DNA of 64,000 nucleotides from NCBI RefSeq assembly GCF_018977255.1, contig NW_024704743.1:24616001-24680000 (forward strand). The letters run 5' to 3'. This document shows positions 47,640 through 59,688 of the stretch, one piece after another. The DNA is from Callorhinchus milii. Lineage: Eukaryota. How positions within the stretch are numbered: position 1 is the stretch's first letter; every line of letters starts with the position of its first letter. The notes beneath the pieces are model-generated. The model did no database searches. It was not told where the DNA came from and saw only the letters and a program-made list of their open reading frames with translations. A program made the translations under genes and the position numbers.

Positions 47640-50105
47640 CTTTTGACCTCTCCGCTGCGTTCGACACAGTCAATCATGCCATCCTCCTCCACCACCTGTC
47701 CTCCATCATTGACCTCAGGGGGACCTTGCTTGTGTGATTCAAGTCCTACCTTACAAACCGCCAGAACTATATTTCTGTAAATGGCTTTTCTTCGCGCTTC
47801 CACCCGGTCACCTGTGGGGTACTCCAAGGATCCATCCTTGGCCCCCTTCTCTTCCTCTTCTATATGCTCCCTCTCGGTGATGTCATCCACAGGCACAGGG
47901 TTAACTTCCACATGTTCTGCTCTCTCTCCGCCCTCTGCGCCTCCTATCTCTGCTTGACCCCCCCCCCCCCCCCCACTGCCTCCCTCTGCTCCAGCCTGGG
48001 AATCCTCCGCCGGGCTCATCGCGGCATTGAGCATTGGCTGTCCAGCATCAGCCACACCCACTGCCCCATTCCCCACTACCGTCGCAAGCCACCCCGGACC
48101 CTGATCCCAGGGGCTAACCTCTCCTCCCTCATTCGCAACCCCACCCTCCCTGCCAACTGTCCTCTCCACATTGGCCTTCAAAACATCCGCTCCATCTGTA
48201 ATAAGACCCTGGCTGTCAATTAACTCATCCTTGATGAGAACGTTGATATTATGGCCCTCATGGAAACCTGGATCACCCCAAGTGACACCTTCCCCATCAC
48301 TGAGACCACACCACCCAGCTAAACCAACCACCATGCCCCACGCACCAACCGCCATGGCGGTGGTATGGCCCTCATCTCCAGGATGTCACTTGCCCTATCC
48401 CCCTACTACGCTGGCTCATTCCCCTCTTTTAAACACCTTACCCTCTGCCATCCCTCCCATCTCTTGCTAAAAATTCTCCTAATTTACCGCCCCCCAAAAT
48501 CCTCGCCCACCTTCATCTCTGAAATCTCCACCCTTTTAGCTTCCCTCTGCCTCCTTTCCGACTGCCTCATCATCCTCAGAGACTTTAACCTCCACTTCAC
48601 CCCCTCCTGCTCCACCTCCTCAGACGTCTCCTCTCTTCTCTCCTCTCTCAACCTTTCCCTCCACATCCACTCTGCTACCCACAACCCACGGTCACCCACT
48701 CGACCTGGTGATCACCCGGGGCCTCAGAGTCTCGGATGAAACCATCACCAACAAGGCCATCTCTGACCACCATTTCATCTCTCTCAACTCCAATATCTCT
48801 CTCCCCACTGCCTCCAAACCTACCACCATCTTTTACTGCCCATGGAAAAAGATCTCCCTGCAATCCCTCTCCCCTGCCCTGGAGTCCTCTGAACTCCTCC
48901 CCATCTGGCCCACCTCCCGCACCAACCCATTCTCTGTGTTTACTCTCCTCCACAACACCCTCTCCACCACACAATGCCTCTGCCCACCTCACCTCCCGAA
49001 CTGCCTCCTATTCCCGATCCTCACCCTGGTTCACCAGCAATCTCCACTCGCTCAAGGGCCAGGTGTGGGCTGCCGAATGCACTTGGCTCAAATCCACCCT
49101 AACGGTCCACCGGCACATCTGGCTGGACCACATCAAAACCTACTGTTCTGATCTCGCCTTCGCCAAATTGTCGTTCTACTCCAGGTTAATCCTGGAGGCG
49201 AAGGGCAACCCCAGGCTCCTGTTCTCCACCACCAACCGGCTTCTCCACCCTCCCCGTCATGCTTCCCAAATTCTTTCCTCCAATTCCCACTGCGAGGACA
49301 AGCTGGACTTCCTTGAATCCAAAATCGAGGGAATCCGCTCAGCTGCCACTGTCCTCGCAACTTCCTACCTGCCCCCCCCAACACTCTGACCACTACCCAG
49401 CCCTCCTTGCACACCTTTGAACCTGTCACCCAATCCTCTGTCATCACCACCATATCCTCCATGAAGCTCACCACCTGCTCCCTGGATCCCATCCCCACCC
49501 CTCTCTTTGAATCCCAGCTCCACCTCCTTGCCCCAATACTCGCCAACATCATCAACCTCTCCCTTTCATCTGGCACTGTTCCTACCTCTCTCAACACAGC
49601 CACTGGCACCCCCATCTTGAAGAAACTTTCCCTTGACCCATCACAGCTATCTAGCTACCGGCCTATCTCCCACTTCCCTTTTTTGTGTAAGGTCCTTGAG
49701 CGAGCCATTGCCTCCCAGCTTCGCTCTTTCCTCTCCTCTCACTCCCTCCATGAACCCTTCCAATCGGGTTTCCATGCTTCCGCAGCACGGAAACTGCCCT
49801 GGTCAAGGTCACAAATGACATCCTGACCATGTGTGACCAGGGCTACTCTGCCTCCTCGTCCTCCTCGACCTCTCTGCAGTCTTTGACACGTGGACCACTC
49901 AATCCTCCCACCACCTCTCCTCCCACCTCAACCTTCAAGGTTCTGTCCTTGACCTGTTCAGGTCCTACGTTTCACACCACCTCCACTTCATCTCAGCAAA
50001 CAGCTTCTCCTCCAGCCCCCATCTCGTGCAGCGTTCCTCAGGGCTCTGTCCTCGATCCCCTCCTCTTCACCTTCTACATGCTCCCCCTTGGTGACATCAT
50101 CCGCA
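47640..50105 (+). mobile_element. long decayed L2 (an RT fragment, then endonuclease through RT)
   Basis: LQNIRSI..ETW, LIYRPP, ILRDFN, DHH (APE motifs); SLDPIPT, YRPIS, VPQGSVL. Confidence 0.88.
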
Positions 50106-50199
50106 TATATACAGTACTGCCACACCACCTCCTCGATTCCTGGCAGGGCGATAAGTTGGGCAAGTTTCCTTACTCCACACGCATCTGTTTACCGAGTAA

Positions 50200-51411
50200 A
50201 CCCTCAAATGCCAACTATTAGGCAATGCTGGATTTCCTCGAATCCAAAGTCAAGGGAATCCACTCAGCTGCCTCTGCATCTCCTCCCCATCTCCTCCTAC
50301 CACCCCGGCCCCCCATCCCTCCCTTCAGACCTTTGAACCCGTCTCCTCTCTCATCACCACCATAACCAGTATGAAACCCAACACCTGCTCCCTCGACTCC
50401 GTCCCTATCTCCCTCCTTTCCTCCAAGCTCCACCTCCTTGCCCCTCTACTCACTGACACTGTAAACCTCTCCCTGTCCTCTGGTACTGTTCCCACCCCTT
50501 TATAAACCGCTGTCATCAATCCTATCCTTAAAAAACCCTCCCTGGACACTTCCCTACTCCCTAACTATAGCCCCATCTCCAACCTCCTCTTCCGCTCCAA
50601 GGTCCTGGAATTCGTTGTTGCTTCTCAGCTTTGTTTCTTCCTCTCCCGCCACTCTCTCTCGAACCCTCCAATCGGGTTTCTATGCCGCCCACAGAACAGA
50701 AACAGCCCTGGTCAAAGTGACAAATGACATTCTGTCTATCTGCAGCCAGGGCTCCCTCAGCCTCCTCGTCCTCCTTGACCTCTCCGCTGCTTTTGACACG
50801 TCGACCCCTTTATCCTTATCCACCGCCTCTCCTCTCACCTCAACCTCCACGGCGCTGTCCTTGATTGGTTCAGATTGTACCTCTCACACTCTCTCGCCTG
50901 CATCTCTTCAAACGGCTTCTCCTCTAGCCTCCGGACCATCTCGTGCGGCGTTCCTCATCACACTGACTGACTTCCCATCACACATAGAATAAAGTTCAAG
51001 ATCTTGGTCCTCACCTTCAAAGCCCTCCATGGTCTTGCTCCCCACTACCACTCCAACCTCCTAACCCCCTACCACCATATTTGCTCCTTCTGCTCAGCGG
51101 GCTCCTTCCTGCCTGCTTCAAACCCCCCACCTTGCTCGCCCCACCATTGGTGGGAGGGCCTTTCGCCACTCTTCTCCCACCCTTTGGAACTCCATCCTGC
51201 AGTCCCTCCATCTTACCCCCTCCCTCGCCACCTTCAAGACTCACCTCAAGACCTTCCTCTTTGACCGTGCTTTCGATCTCCCTGCTTCCACCCTGCCCTT
51301 CACCCTCCCCCAACCCGACTCCCAGCTCGGGTCCGTAACTCTGTCTGTCCAGTGCCTTGGGACATCCTCCCGACGTGAAAGACGCTATACAAAGGTAATT
51401 TGTTGTTGTTG
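50200..51411 (+). mobile_element. L2 with an internal deletion and intact 3' end
   Basis: [27 protein letters not shown]; tail gggacatcctcccgacgtgaaagacgc...(ttg)n. Confidence 0.85.
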
Positions 51412-51864
51412 TAGTAAGTAGGAACTTGATTTTCCGAGAATAATAATCGTTCAAAAAAATAAATAATAATTTGTTCACTCAAGCCACAACTCTTTGTGGG
51501 ACACTGCTGGGTGCAATTGGCTGCTGGGTTTTGCCCACAAATAAACAATATTTGTGCAAGGGCAAGTTTCCTTACTCTACACGCCTCTGTTTAACTAGCA
51601 GTAAGTAGAAACCTGGTTGTTAGTCAATTGGCAGATCACTTTTCGGGTATGGTAATCCCTTCAACAAAAAAAAGAAAGATTTATATAAAAAATACATGGG
51701 CACTCAATCCACAACTGTTTGTGGTACACTGCTGTGAGCAATTAGGTGCTGAGTTTCACCCACAAATATACAGTCAATTCACTTTACAGAATGTTCTGTG
51801 AAGCGCTTTGAGACGTCTAGAAGACGTGAAAAACGTTATATCAAATGCAAGGATTATTATTATT

Positions 51865-52572
51865 CCTTAAAAGGTAAGAAAATGTGTATGGAAAATGGAA
51901 AGGACCTGGGGATCCTGATTGATAATAACTTGAAGCTATCACAACAATGTTCAGCAACTGTGACTAAGGCAAACCAGATACTGGGCTGTATTGGAAGGAC
52001 AATATTGAGCCAAAATAGTATGCTAATCCTGCCATTTTATAAATCACTAGTGTGACAGCACTTGGATTACTGTGTGCATTTCTGGTCATTACAGCATAAA
52101 AAGGATATTGCAGTGATTGAGAGGATATAGAGGAGGGCAATCAAAATGACTACGAGGAGTGAATAGATAAACTGGGCTTGTTCACACTGGAGAAAAGTAG
52201 GTTTAGGAATGATATGAAAGCGGTCTTTAAGATTCTGAAGGGAATAGATAACGTAGACCATAATAAGCTGTTTTATCTCGTGCTGAACAGTAGAACCAGA
52301 GGACATGGCCTGTGTTTGAAGGGGGTAAATTGAGAACAAATCTGCGGGAACACTACTTCAGTGAGTGAATAGCAAACTTATGAAGGAGACAATGGAAGCA
52401 GAAAGTGTCGTTTGTTTCAAGAACAAATTAAATAGATTTCTGCTAGAAAATAATATCTCGGGATACAATATAAAGGTTGAGACACAACATGTCAAGGGAC
52501 TGCCGGATGGTGGAAGGTAAACTAGATGGGCTTTGGTCTTCTTTCGTCTAGCAAATTCATATGTTTTTATGA
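51865..52572 (+). mobile_element. CR1 3' fragment, copy 1 (copy 2 at ~53268-53975)
   Basis: KDLGILIDNNLKLSQQC..KANQILGCI..LPFYKSLV; RTRGH motif; caaattcatatgtttttatg tail. Confidence 0.88.
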
Positions 52573-52887
52573 TCTTGTGTTGTGTTTACAGTAATACACA
52601 ACTGTCCCATTTGGAGAAACTGATTCCTTTGATCTAGTAATGAATTTACATCAATCTGTTGGAGACACATTTGCATCTGTTTCTCATCCCTGTGTAGTCA
52701 ACTGCTAAATATGCATATTCCCTAGTGAGGCCGAAATATCCATTCCCAACAATGACTACAGACATTTTCCAGATTTCCCATGACTTTCTTCAATCCAGTT
52801 AGTAGGTGCTTAATGTTCAGAGCTGGAAATAATAATCAAATAATTCTTGTATTTCATTTTCAGACTTTCACATCAGGAGGGCAGCAT

Positions 52888-53266
52888 GGAGTCCTGTAGC
52901 TTATTTGTTAGAGCACTTGTCTTGCTAGTGAGAGGATCTGGGTTTGATACCCGAGCAGGGCGAAACGTTAGGCAAGTTTCCTTACTCCACACGCTTCTGT
53001 TTATCTAGCAGTAAGTAGGTAACCGGATGTAAGTCAATTGGCTGATCACTTTTCTGGGTATGGTAAACCCTTCAAAAAAAAGAGAAACATTTATATTAAA
53101 AAAAGTGGCCACTCAATCCACATGGACACTGCTGTTCGCAATTGGGTGCTGGGTTTCGCCCACAAATATACAGTCAATTCACTTTACAGTATGTTCTGTG
53201 AAACGCTTTGAAACATCTACAAGATGTGAAAAGCGTTACATCAAATGCAAGATTATTATTATTATT
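52888..53266 (+). mobile_element. SINE family A, long subfamily
   Basis: ggagtcctgtagct head through to the (tta)n tail. Confidence 0.85.
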
Positions 53267-54297
53267 TAAATGGTAAGAAAATATGTATGGACAATGTAAA
53301 TCAACTGGGGATTCTGATTGATAATACTTTAAAGCTATCACAACAGTGCTCAGTAGCTGTGAGTAAGGCAAACCAGATACTGGACTGGATTGAAAGGGCA
53401 ATATTGAGCCAAAATAGTATGCTAATCCTGCCATTTATAAATCACTGTTGTGACAGCACTTGGACTACTGCGTGCATTTATGGTCATCACACTATCAAAA
53501 GGATATTGCAGCGATTAAGAGGATACAGAGAAGGGCAATCAAAATGACTACGAGGAGCGAATAGATAAACTGGGCTTGTTCACACTGGAGAAAAGAAGGT
53601 TTAGGGACGATATGATAGTGGTCTTTAAGATTCTGAAGGAAATAGATAACATAGACCAAGATAAGCTGTTTTATCTCATGCTGAACAGTAAAACCAGAGG
53701 ACATGGCCTGCATTTGAAGGGGGTAAATTGAGAACAAATCTGCAGAAACACTACTTCAGTGAGTGAGTAGCAAACTTATTAAACAGGCTCCCTAAGGAGA
53801 CAATGGAAGAGTTGTTTGTTTCAAGAACAAATTAGATAGATTTCTGCTAGAAAATAATATCTCGGGATACAGTATATAGGTTGAGACACAACATGTCAAG
53901 GGACTGCCGGATGGTGGAAGGTAAACTAGATGGGCTTTGGTCTTCTTTCGTCTAGCAAATTCATATGTTTTTATGATCTTGTGTTGTGTTTACAGTAATA
54001 CACAACTGTCCCATTTGGAGAAATTGATTCCTTTGATCTAGTAATGAATTTAATCAATCAGTTGGAGACACATTTCCATCTGTTTCTCATCCCTGTGTAG
54101 TCAACTGCTAAATATGCATATTCCCTAGTGAGGCATTCAATCCGCAACTGTTTGTGGGACACTGTTGAAAAAACCTGGCTGATCCACCTCAAAAAAACTG
54201 TTTTGGCTTGCTGAATTGCAAATTCTGGAAAGAAATTAGTTCATTCTGTACTTATGGTATGAATAACAGTTCATTAAACAGTTGATTAACACCAGTT

Positions 54298-54708
54298 AAC
54301 CCCATCACACCAGCTCCATTGGCTCCCTATCGCTGAACGGATCGATTTCAAGAACCTCACCCTTGTTTTCAAATCCCTTCATGACCTGGCACCTTCCTAC
54401 CTCTCCGATCTGCTTACCCCTGCAACCCGCTGGCTCTGCTCGACTGGCTCCAGCCTTCTGCATGTCCCTCGTGCCCTCTGTTCAACCATTGGCGGCCGCG
54501 CTTTCAGTCACTACGCCTCCAAACTCTGGAACACTCTTCCTCTATCCCTCCACTTTGCTCCTTCCTTCCCCATCTTCAGGTCACACCTTTGACCGTACCT
54601 ACGGTCACCTCTCCATTCCCCCGGCTCAGCTTCATGCTCTGCCAATGTTAAGCTCTCTAGGGCGCTACCCTGTGTGAGGGGCACTATATAAACACAACCT
54701 GTTGTTGT
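54298..54708 (+). mobile_element. old L2 3' fragment
   Basis: ctccattggctccc..gatttcaag..ggcggccgcgctttcag..aaactctggaac; tgttgttg end. Confidence 0.75.
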
Positions 54709-54800
54709 AATGTTGAATCACTTCAAGTTCTTTCAGATGGTTTATTTATTGCTAAAGCTATTCATTTCAAAGGAATAAATTAGGCATCAATCATCTATTA

Positions 54801-55121
54801 TAATAATAATAATAATAATCCTTGCATTTGATATAGCGCTTTTCACGTCGGGAGGACGTCCCAAAGCGCTTCACAGAATATGCTGTAAAGTGAATTGATT
54901 GTATATTTGTGGGCGAACGCGGTAGCCAATTGCGCACAGCAGTGTCCCACAAACAGTCGTAGATTGAAAATAACCAATTTATTTTGGTTTTGGAGGGATT
55001 ATTATTAGGCGTGTGGAGGAGTAAGGAAACTTGCCCAAGGTTTCGCCCTGACCTACCTGGAATTGAACTCAGGTCTCTCGCTTGCAAAGTGAGTGCTCTA
55101 ACCACTGAGCTACAGAACTCC
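54801..55121 (-). mobile_element. SINE family A, short subfamily, young copy
   Basis: very similar to 9153-9470; intact A/B boxes and stem-loop. Confidence 0.92.
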
Positions 55122-55641
55122 TGTAACCACTAACCAGTGAGCTATAGGACTATTGTGAACTTCAGCAGTAAACTAAATCACAGGATTTTGTTGCTGACAA
55201 TTTTCCAGGAAAGAAGACAAACTAAACCATTTCTCATCTTGATTAAATATTTCTTGATGCATTTGCCTGCAGGAAAATGTGTTTTTATGTGTTTTGGACC
55301 AATATTATGTCTTCTATTAGAGTCAGTTGGAAGTCCTCTCCTCTCTGTCAAAAAGTTATGGGTTTAAGCCCCATGTTGGAATTTGTATACATAGCCTTAG
55401 ATGACAGTTCATTGCAGTAGTGGGAAGAGCAACACTGCTCCTTGGATGTGATGTTGAACCAAGGTCCAGTTTGCGTGTCCTCAGATGAATGTTAAAAATC
55501 GCATTAAACTGTAGAAAAACAAGTTTCTACTGAAGTCCTGACCCACAATCTGAAAGAAATCAACACCAGATTGTTTGGGGGACCTTGGTATTTGCCATAT
55601 GGCTGCCACATTTGCCTAAAAAAAAACTGCATTTGATATGT

Positions 55642-56021
55642 GTTAGCCTGGTTCAGTGGTAGCACTCTCGCCTACGAGTCAGAAAGTTTTGGGTTCAAGA
55701 CCGACTTTGGTACTTGGAATCACTTAGCCTAAGCTGACACTGCAATGCAGCATTGCAGGTGTGTTGCATTTTTGGAGATGCCGTCCTTTGGATGAAACAT
55801 TAAACCAAGATCCCGTCTGCTTGTTCAGGTGGACGTTAAAGATCTCATGGCATTATTTGAAAAGAGAAGGGAGTTTCTGCCATGTCCTGGCCAATAATCC
55901 CCCAAATAAAATGAGTCACTCACTCCATACCTGTTTGTGGGACATTGCTGAGCACAAACTGTCTGTTTTGAGATGTTTTGATGATAATATCTATATCAAA
56001 TACAAGGATTATTATTATTAT
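55642..56021 (+). mobile_element. Deu-domain SINE
   Basis: gatgccgtcctttggatgaaacattaaaccaag..caggtggacgttaaagatctcatggc. Confidence 0.85.
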
Positions 56022-56179
56022 CAGCAATATTGTGAAAAGATTTGAATTTTTTTACATGATAAGGAACGATAAAATTCAAGCCCCTTCCTCCCTCTTCCCC
56101 CCATTCTCAAATCCTCTAGAAGTCATGGCACACCTATGATAAAAGACCTTGTATATTCCGATGCAAGAAGCAGTGCAAA

Positions 56180-56740
56180 GGTTTTCTTAGAGCTGAACTG
56201 GCTCCGAGGTGAATTGGTTGGCAACGGAATGTGGAAATTGATCCAACCCTTGGTGGCAGTCTCAGTAGTCTAGTTCCTGAACCAGGTGGGTACATGGTAT
56301 TCCAGGGCACTGCTGATGACAGCCCAGCCAGTCTGACTCAACCGTAGGACTTGGAGAGGCAGATCAGTCACTGGTGACAGGGAATCTATCCACTCAACGC
56401 CTGTTAACCCTGCAGACCAAAGCTCTAAAGGGTAGGGCAGTACTAGCAGCGTGGAAGTTTGCCAGACAGTGCATCCAATGGCAAACTATGTCTTTTTTTA
56501 GTTGTTTGAAATTCCAGCAATGCACATGCATTGTTCCAGAGCCATGTTCGTGCCAGCCTGTGCTTAACACTCTCCAGAATTGGGTAAGCAGGACGTGTCT
56601 CTTCAGGGAAAGAGTGTATATCAGATTTCAATACATGAATATCCACGTATAAATGGGATGCACACAACTCTCAGTTTAGGTTAGATACTCTTTAAGCATG
56701 GTGATGGGTTACCACGTGTCAGACATCTGGCTGACCAAAA
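56180..56740 (+). repeat. family X, most complete uninterrupted copy
   Basis: agagctgaactggctcc...gggcactgctgatgacagc...ccacgtgtcagacatctggctgaccaaaa. Confidence 0.8.
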
Positions 56741-57004
56741 TAAGTTCAGCGAGACTGATCCCCAGTTTTGGAGATAACCCAGGAAGAATAATTAGGTAAA
56801 CTAGAGCTCTTCAGGTTCACAAAGAGATGTTTCTGGAGGGATTTTATGTATAATGCTTATTTTATCGCTTACATTTAATAAGCCAAATTGGTCAGTGATT
56901 CACCACCCATAATTGTGATACTGATATTTTTAATAGAGCTTGAGCCTGCTTTCGACACTACTTGGAAGAAGTGATTTTGTCACAGTTCAATTTGTACCCA
57001 AATC

Positions 57005-57072
57005 CCTGACTGTCCAGCGTCTTGGGACTTCCTCCCGACGTGAAAGGCACAGTACAAATGCAATTTGTTGTT
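57005..57072 (+). mobile_element. isolated L2 3' tail
   Basis: ccagcgtcttgggacttcctcccgacgtgaaaggc...tttgttgttg. Confidence 0.8.
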
Positions 57073-57075
57073 GGG

Positions 57076-59688
57076 GTCCTCCTCTACCGGCCCCCTAAAA
57101 CCTCTCCCACCTTCAACTCTGACATTTCAACACTCCTCACATCTCTTTGCCTCTGCTCTGATCGCCTCATCATCCTGGGCGACTTTAACCTACACTTCAC
57201 CCCCTCCTGCTCCATCTCCACAGACTTCTCTTCCCTGCTCTCCTCACTCAACCTCTCCTTACACATAAACTCCCCCACTCACAGTCACGGCCATCCACTC
57301 GATTTGGTGATCACCCGGGGCCTCAGTGTCTCGGATGTCACTATTACCGACAAGGCCATCTCTGACCACTACTTCATCTCCTTCACCACCTCCACCCCCC
57401 TGGCCTTCAACCCTCACCGACCCCTCTTCTCTCTCCCTCCTCCACAATACCTTCTCCTCCACACTCGATACTCTTGCCCCCATCACTTCCCGCACTGTCT
57501 CCTACTCCCGCTCCTCCCCCTGGTACACCACCCACCTCCGCTCACTGAAAAGCCAGGTGCGGGCTGCTGAACGCACCTGTGTCAAATCTGGCCTAACGGT
57601 CCACCGACAAATCTGGCTGGACCTCCTCAAAATTTACCGCTCCACTCTAGCCTCGGCCAAGTCGTCCTTCTACTCCAGGATAATCCTGGAGGCGAAGAAC
57701 AACCCCAGGCTACTGTTTTCCACCACAACCCGACTCCTCCGTCCCCCCGCCACCCCGCGCAGGTCATCTCCTCCAACCTTCACTGCGAGGAGATGCTGGA
57801 TTTCCTTGAATCCAAGATCAAGGGAATTCGCTCCGCGGTCACTTCCCCTCCAACATCCACCAACCCCCCACCCCCTCACTCCCACACTCCGACTGCTACC
57901 CATCCTCCCCTACTCACTTTTGTACCCGTTTCCCCACCCTCTGTCACCAAACTCATCCTATCCCTAAAACCAACCACCTGCTCCCTTGACCCCATCCCCA
58001 CTCCACTCCTTATCTCCCAGCTCCACTTTCTTGCCCCACATATCACCGACATCATCAACCTGTCCCTCTCCTCTGGCTCTGTCCCCATTCCCTTAAAAAC
58101 TGCCACCATCACGCCCACCCTGAAAAAACCCTCCCTTGATGCGTCGCAGCTATCAAGCTACCGGCCCATCTCCAACCTCCCCTTTCTCTCCAAGGTCCTG
58201 GAAAGAGTTGTCGCCTCCCAACTGCGCTCTTTCCTTTCCACCCATTCACTTTTCGAACCCCTTCAGTCAGGTTTCCGTGCTGCCCATAGCACAGAAACTG
58301 CCCTGGTCAAGGTCACCAATGATATCCTGACCATCTGTGACCAGGGCTCCCTCTGCCTCCTCGTCCTCCTCGACCTATCGGCAGCATTCGATACGGTCGA
58401 CCACGCTATCCTACTCCACCGCTTGTCCTCCCACCTCAACCTTCAAGGCACTGTCCTTGAATGGTTTAGGTCGTACCTTTCTCACCGTCTTCACTTTGTC
58501 TCGACGAATGGCTTCTCCTCCACCCCCCGTACTGTCTCATGTGGTGTCCCTCAGGGCTCTGTCCTCGGTCCCCTCCTCTTCACCCTCTATATGCTCCCCC
58601 TTGGTGACATCATCCGCAGACATGGGTTAACTTCCACATGTATGCGGATGACACCCAACTCTACCTTTCCTCCTCTACTCTCAACTCCACGACCACCGAT
58701 GTCCTGACAGCCTGTCCGACATCGAGTCCTGGACGAGAGACAACTTTCTTCAGCTCAACGTGCGAAAAACCGAGGCCCTCCTGATTGGCTCACGTCAGCG
58801 CCTCCGCACCTCAGGCGCCGACACCATCAGCATCCAAGGCTGCACTCTCCACCTCTCAAAGCCAGTCAGGAACCTCGGCGTTTTGTTCGACCCTGAGCTG
58901 TCCTTTCTCCCTCACATCCGCACCACAACTGGCACCGCCTTCCATCACCTCCGGAACATCGCCAGACTACGGCACTACCTCACCCCTCACGCTGCTGAAA
59001 CCCTGGTTCACGCCTTTGTCACCTCAAGGCTGGACTATGGGAACTCTCTCCTCGCCGGCCTTCCCGCCACCTCCCTCCACAAGCTGCAGGTCATTCAGAA
59101 CTCTGCAGCTCGTGTACTGTCCCGCACCAGGCTTCGGGACCACATCACTCCCACCCTCGCTCGCCTCCACTGGCTCCCCATCCCCCAGAGGATTGATTTC
59201 AAGATCCTCATCCTCACCTACAAGGCCATTCACGGCCTTGCTCCCTCCTACCTCTCCGACCTACTATCCCCCTACCTACCTGCCCGTACCCTCCGTTCCT
59301 CCGGCTCCGGTCTGCTCCACGTCGCCCGCCCCAATCGCCCTACCATCGGTGGTCGGGCCTTCAGCCTCTCAGCCCCCAGGCTCTGGAACTCCATCCCCCA
59401 TTGCCTTCGCCTTGCTTCCTCCCTCTCCTCCTTCAAGGCCGGTCTCAAAGCCTTTCTCTTTGACCGAGCCTTCAGCTCCCCTCTCGACTCTCTTTCCCCT
59501 TCTCGCTCCCTCCCTCCCCTCACCCTGACCATTTCCCCCTTCTTCGCTCCCTCCCTTCCCTCCCCTCACCCTGACCATTTCCCCCCTGCTCGGGTCATGA
59601 CCCAACTGTGCAGCGCCTTGGGACGTCATCCTGACGTGAAAGGCGCTTTATAAATGGAATCTTGTTGTTGTTGTTATTGTTGTTGTTG
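57076..59688 (+). mobile_element. least-decayed L2 LINE in the window (partial APE, RT, 3'UTR), with a few frameshifts
   Basis: ORFs 57022-57570 (LYRPP, LGDFN, LDLVI, SDH), 57793-58707 (RT) and 58760-59653; CpGs retained; stem-loop and (TTG)n. Confidence 0.95.

Larger units (their letters stand above)
51561..54134 (+). repeat. tandem duplication with ~1.4-kb period (unit: SINE A, CR1 3' fragment, non-repeat flank)
   Basis: 51561-52731 matches 52971-54134, including the ~160-bp non-repeat flank ending ttccctagtgaggc. Confidence 0.93.

Noticed and set aside
47612..48355. 247-aa Gly-rich minus-strand ORF
   Set aside because: Antisense reading of C-rich L2 sequence
54791..55105. Recurrent short ORFs ending KRYIKCKDYYYY
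   Set aside because: Translation of the SINE tail and its (TTA)n repeat, not a protein family
57793..59653. 304-aa and 297-aa ORFs as host genes
   Set aside because: They are pieces of L2 ORF2, with several decayed copies in the window
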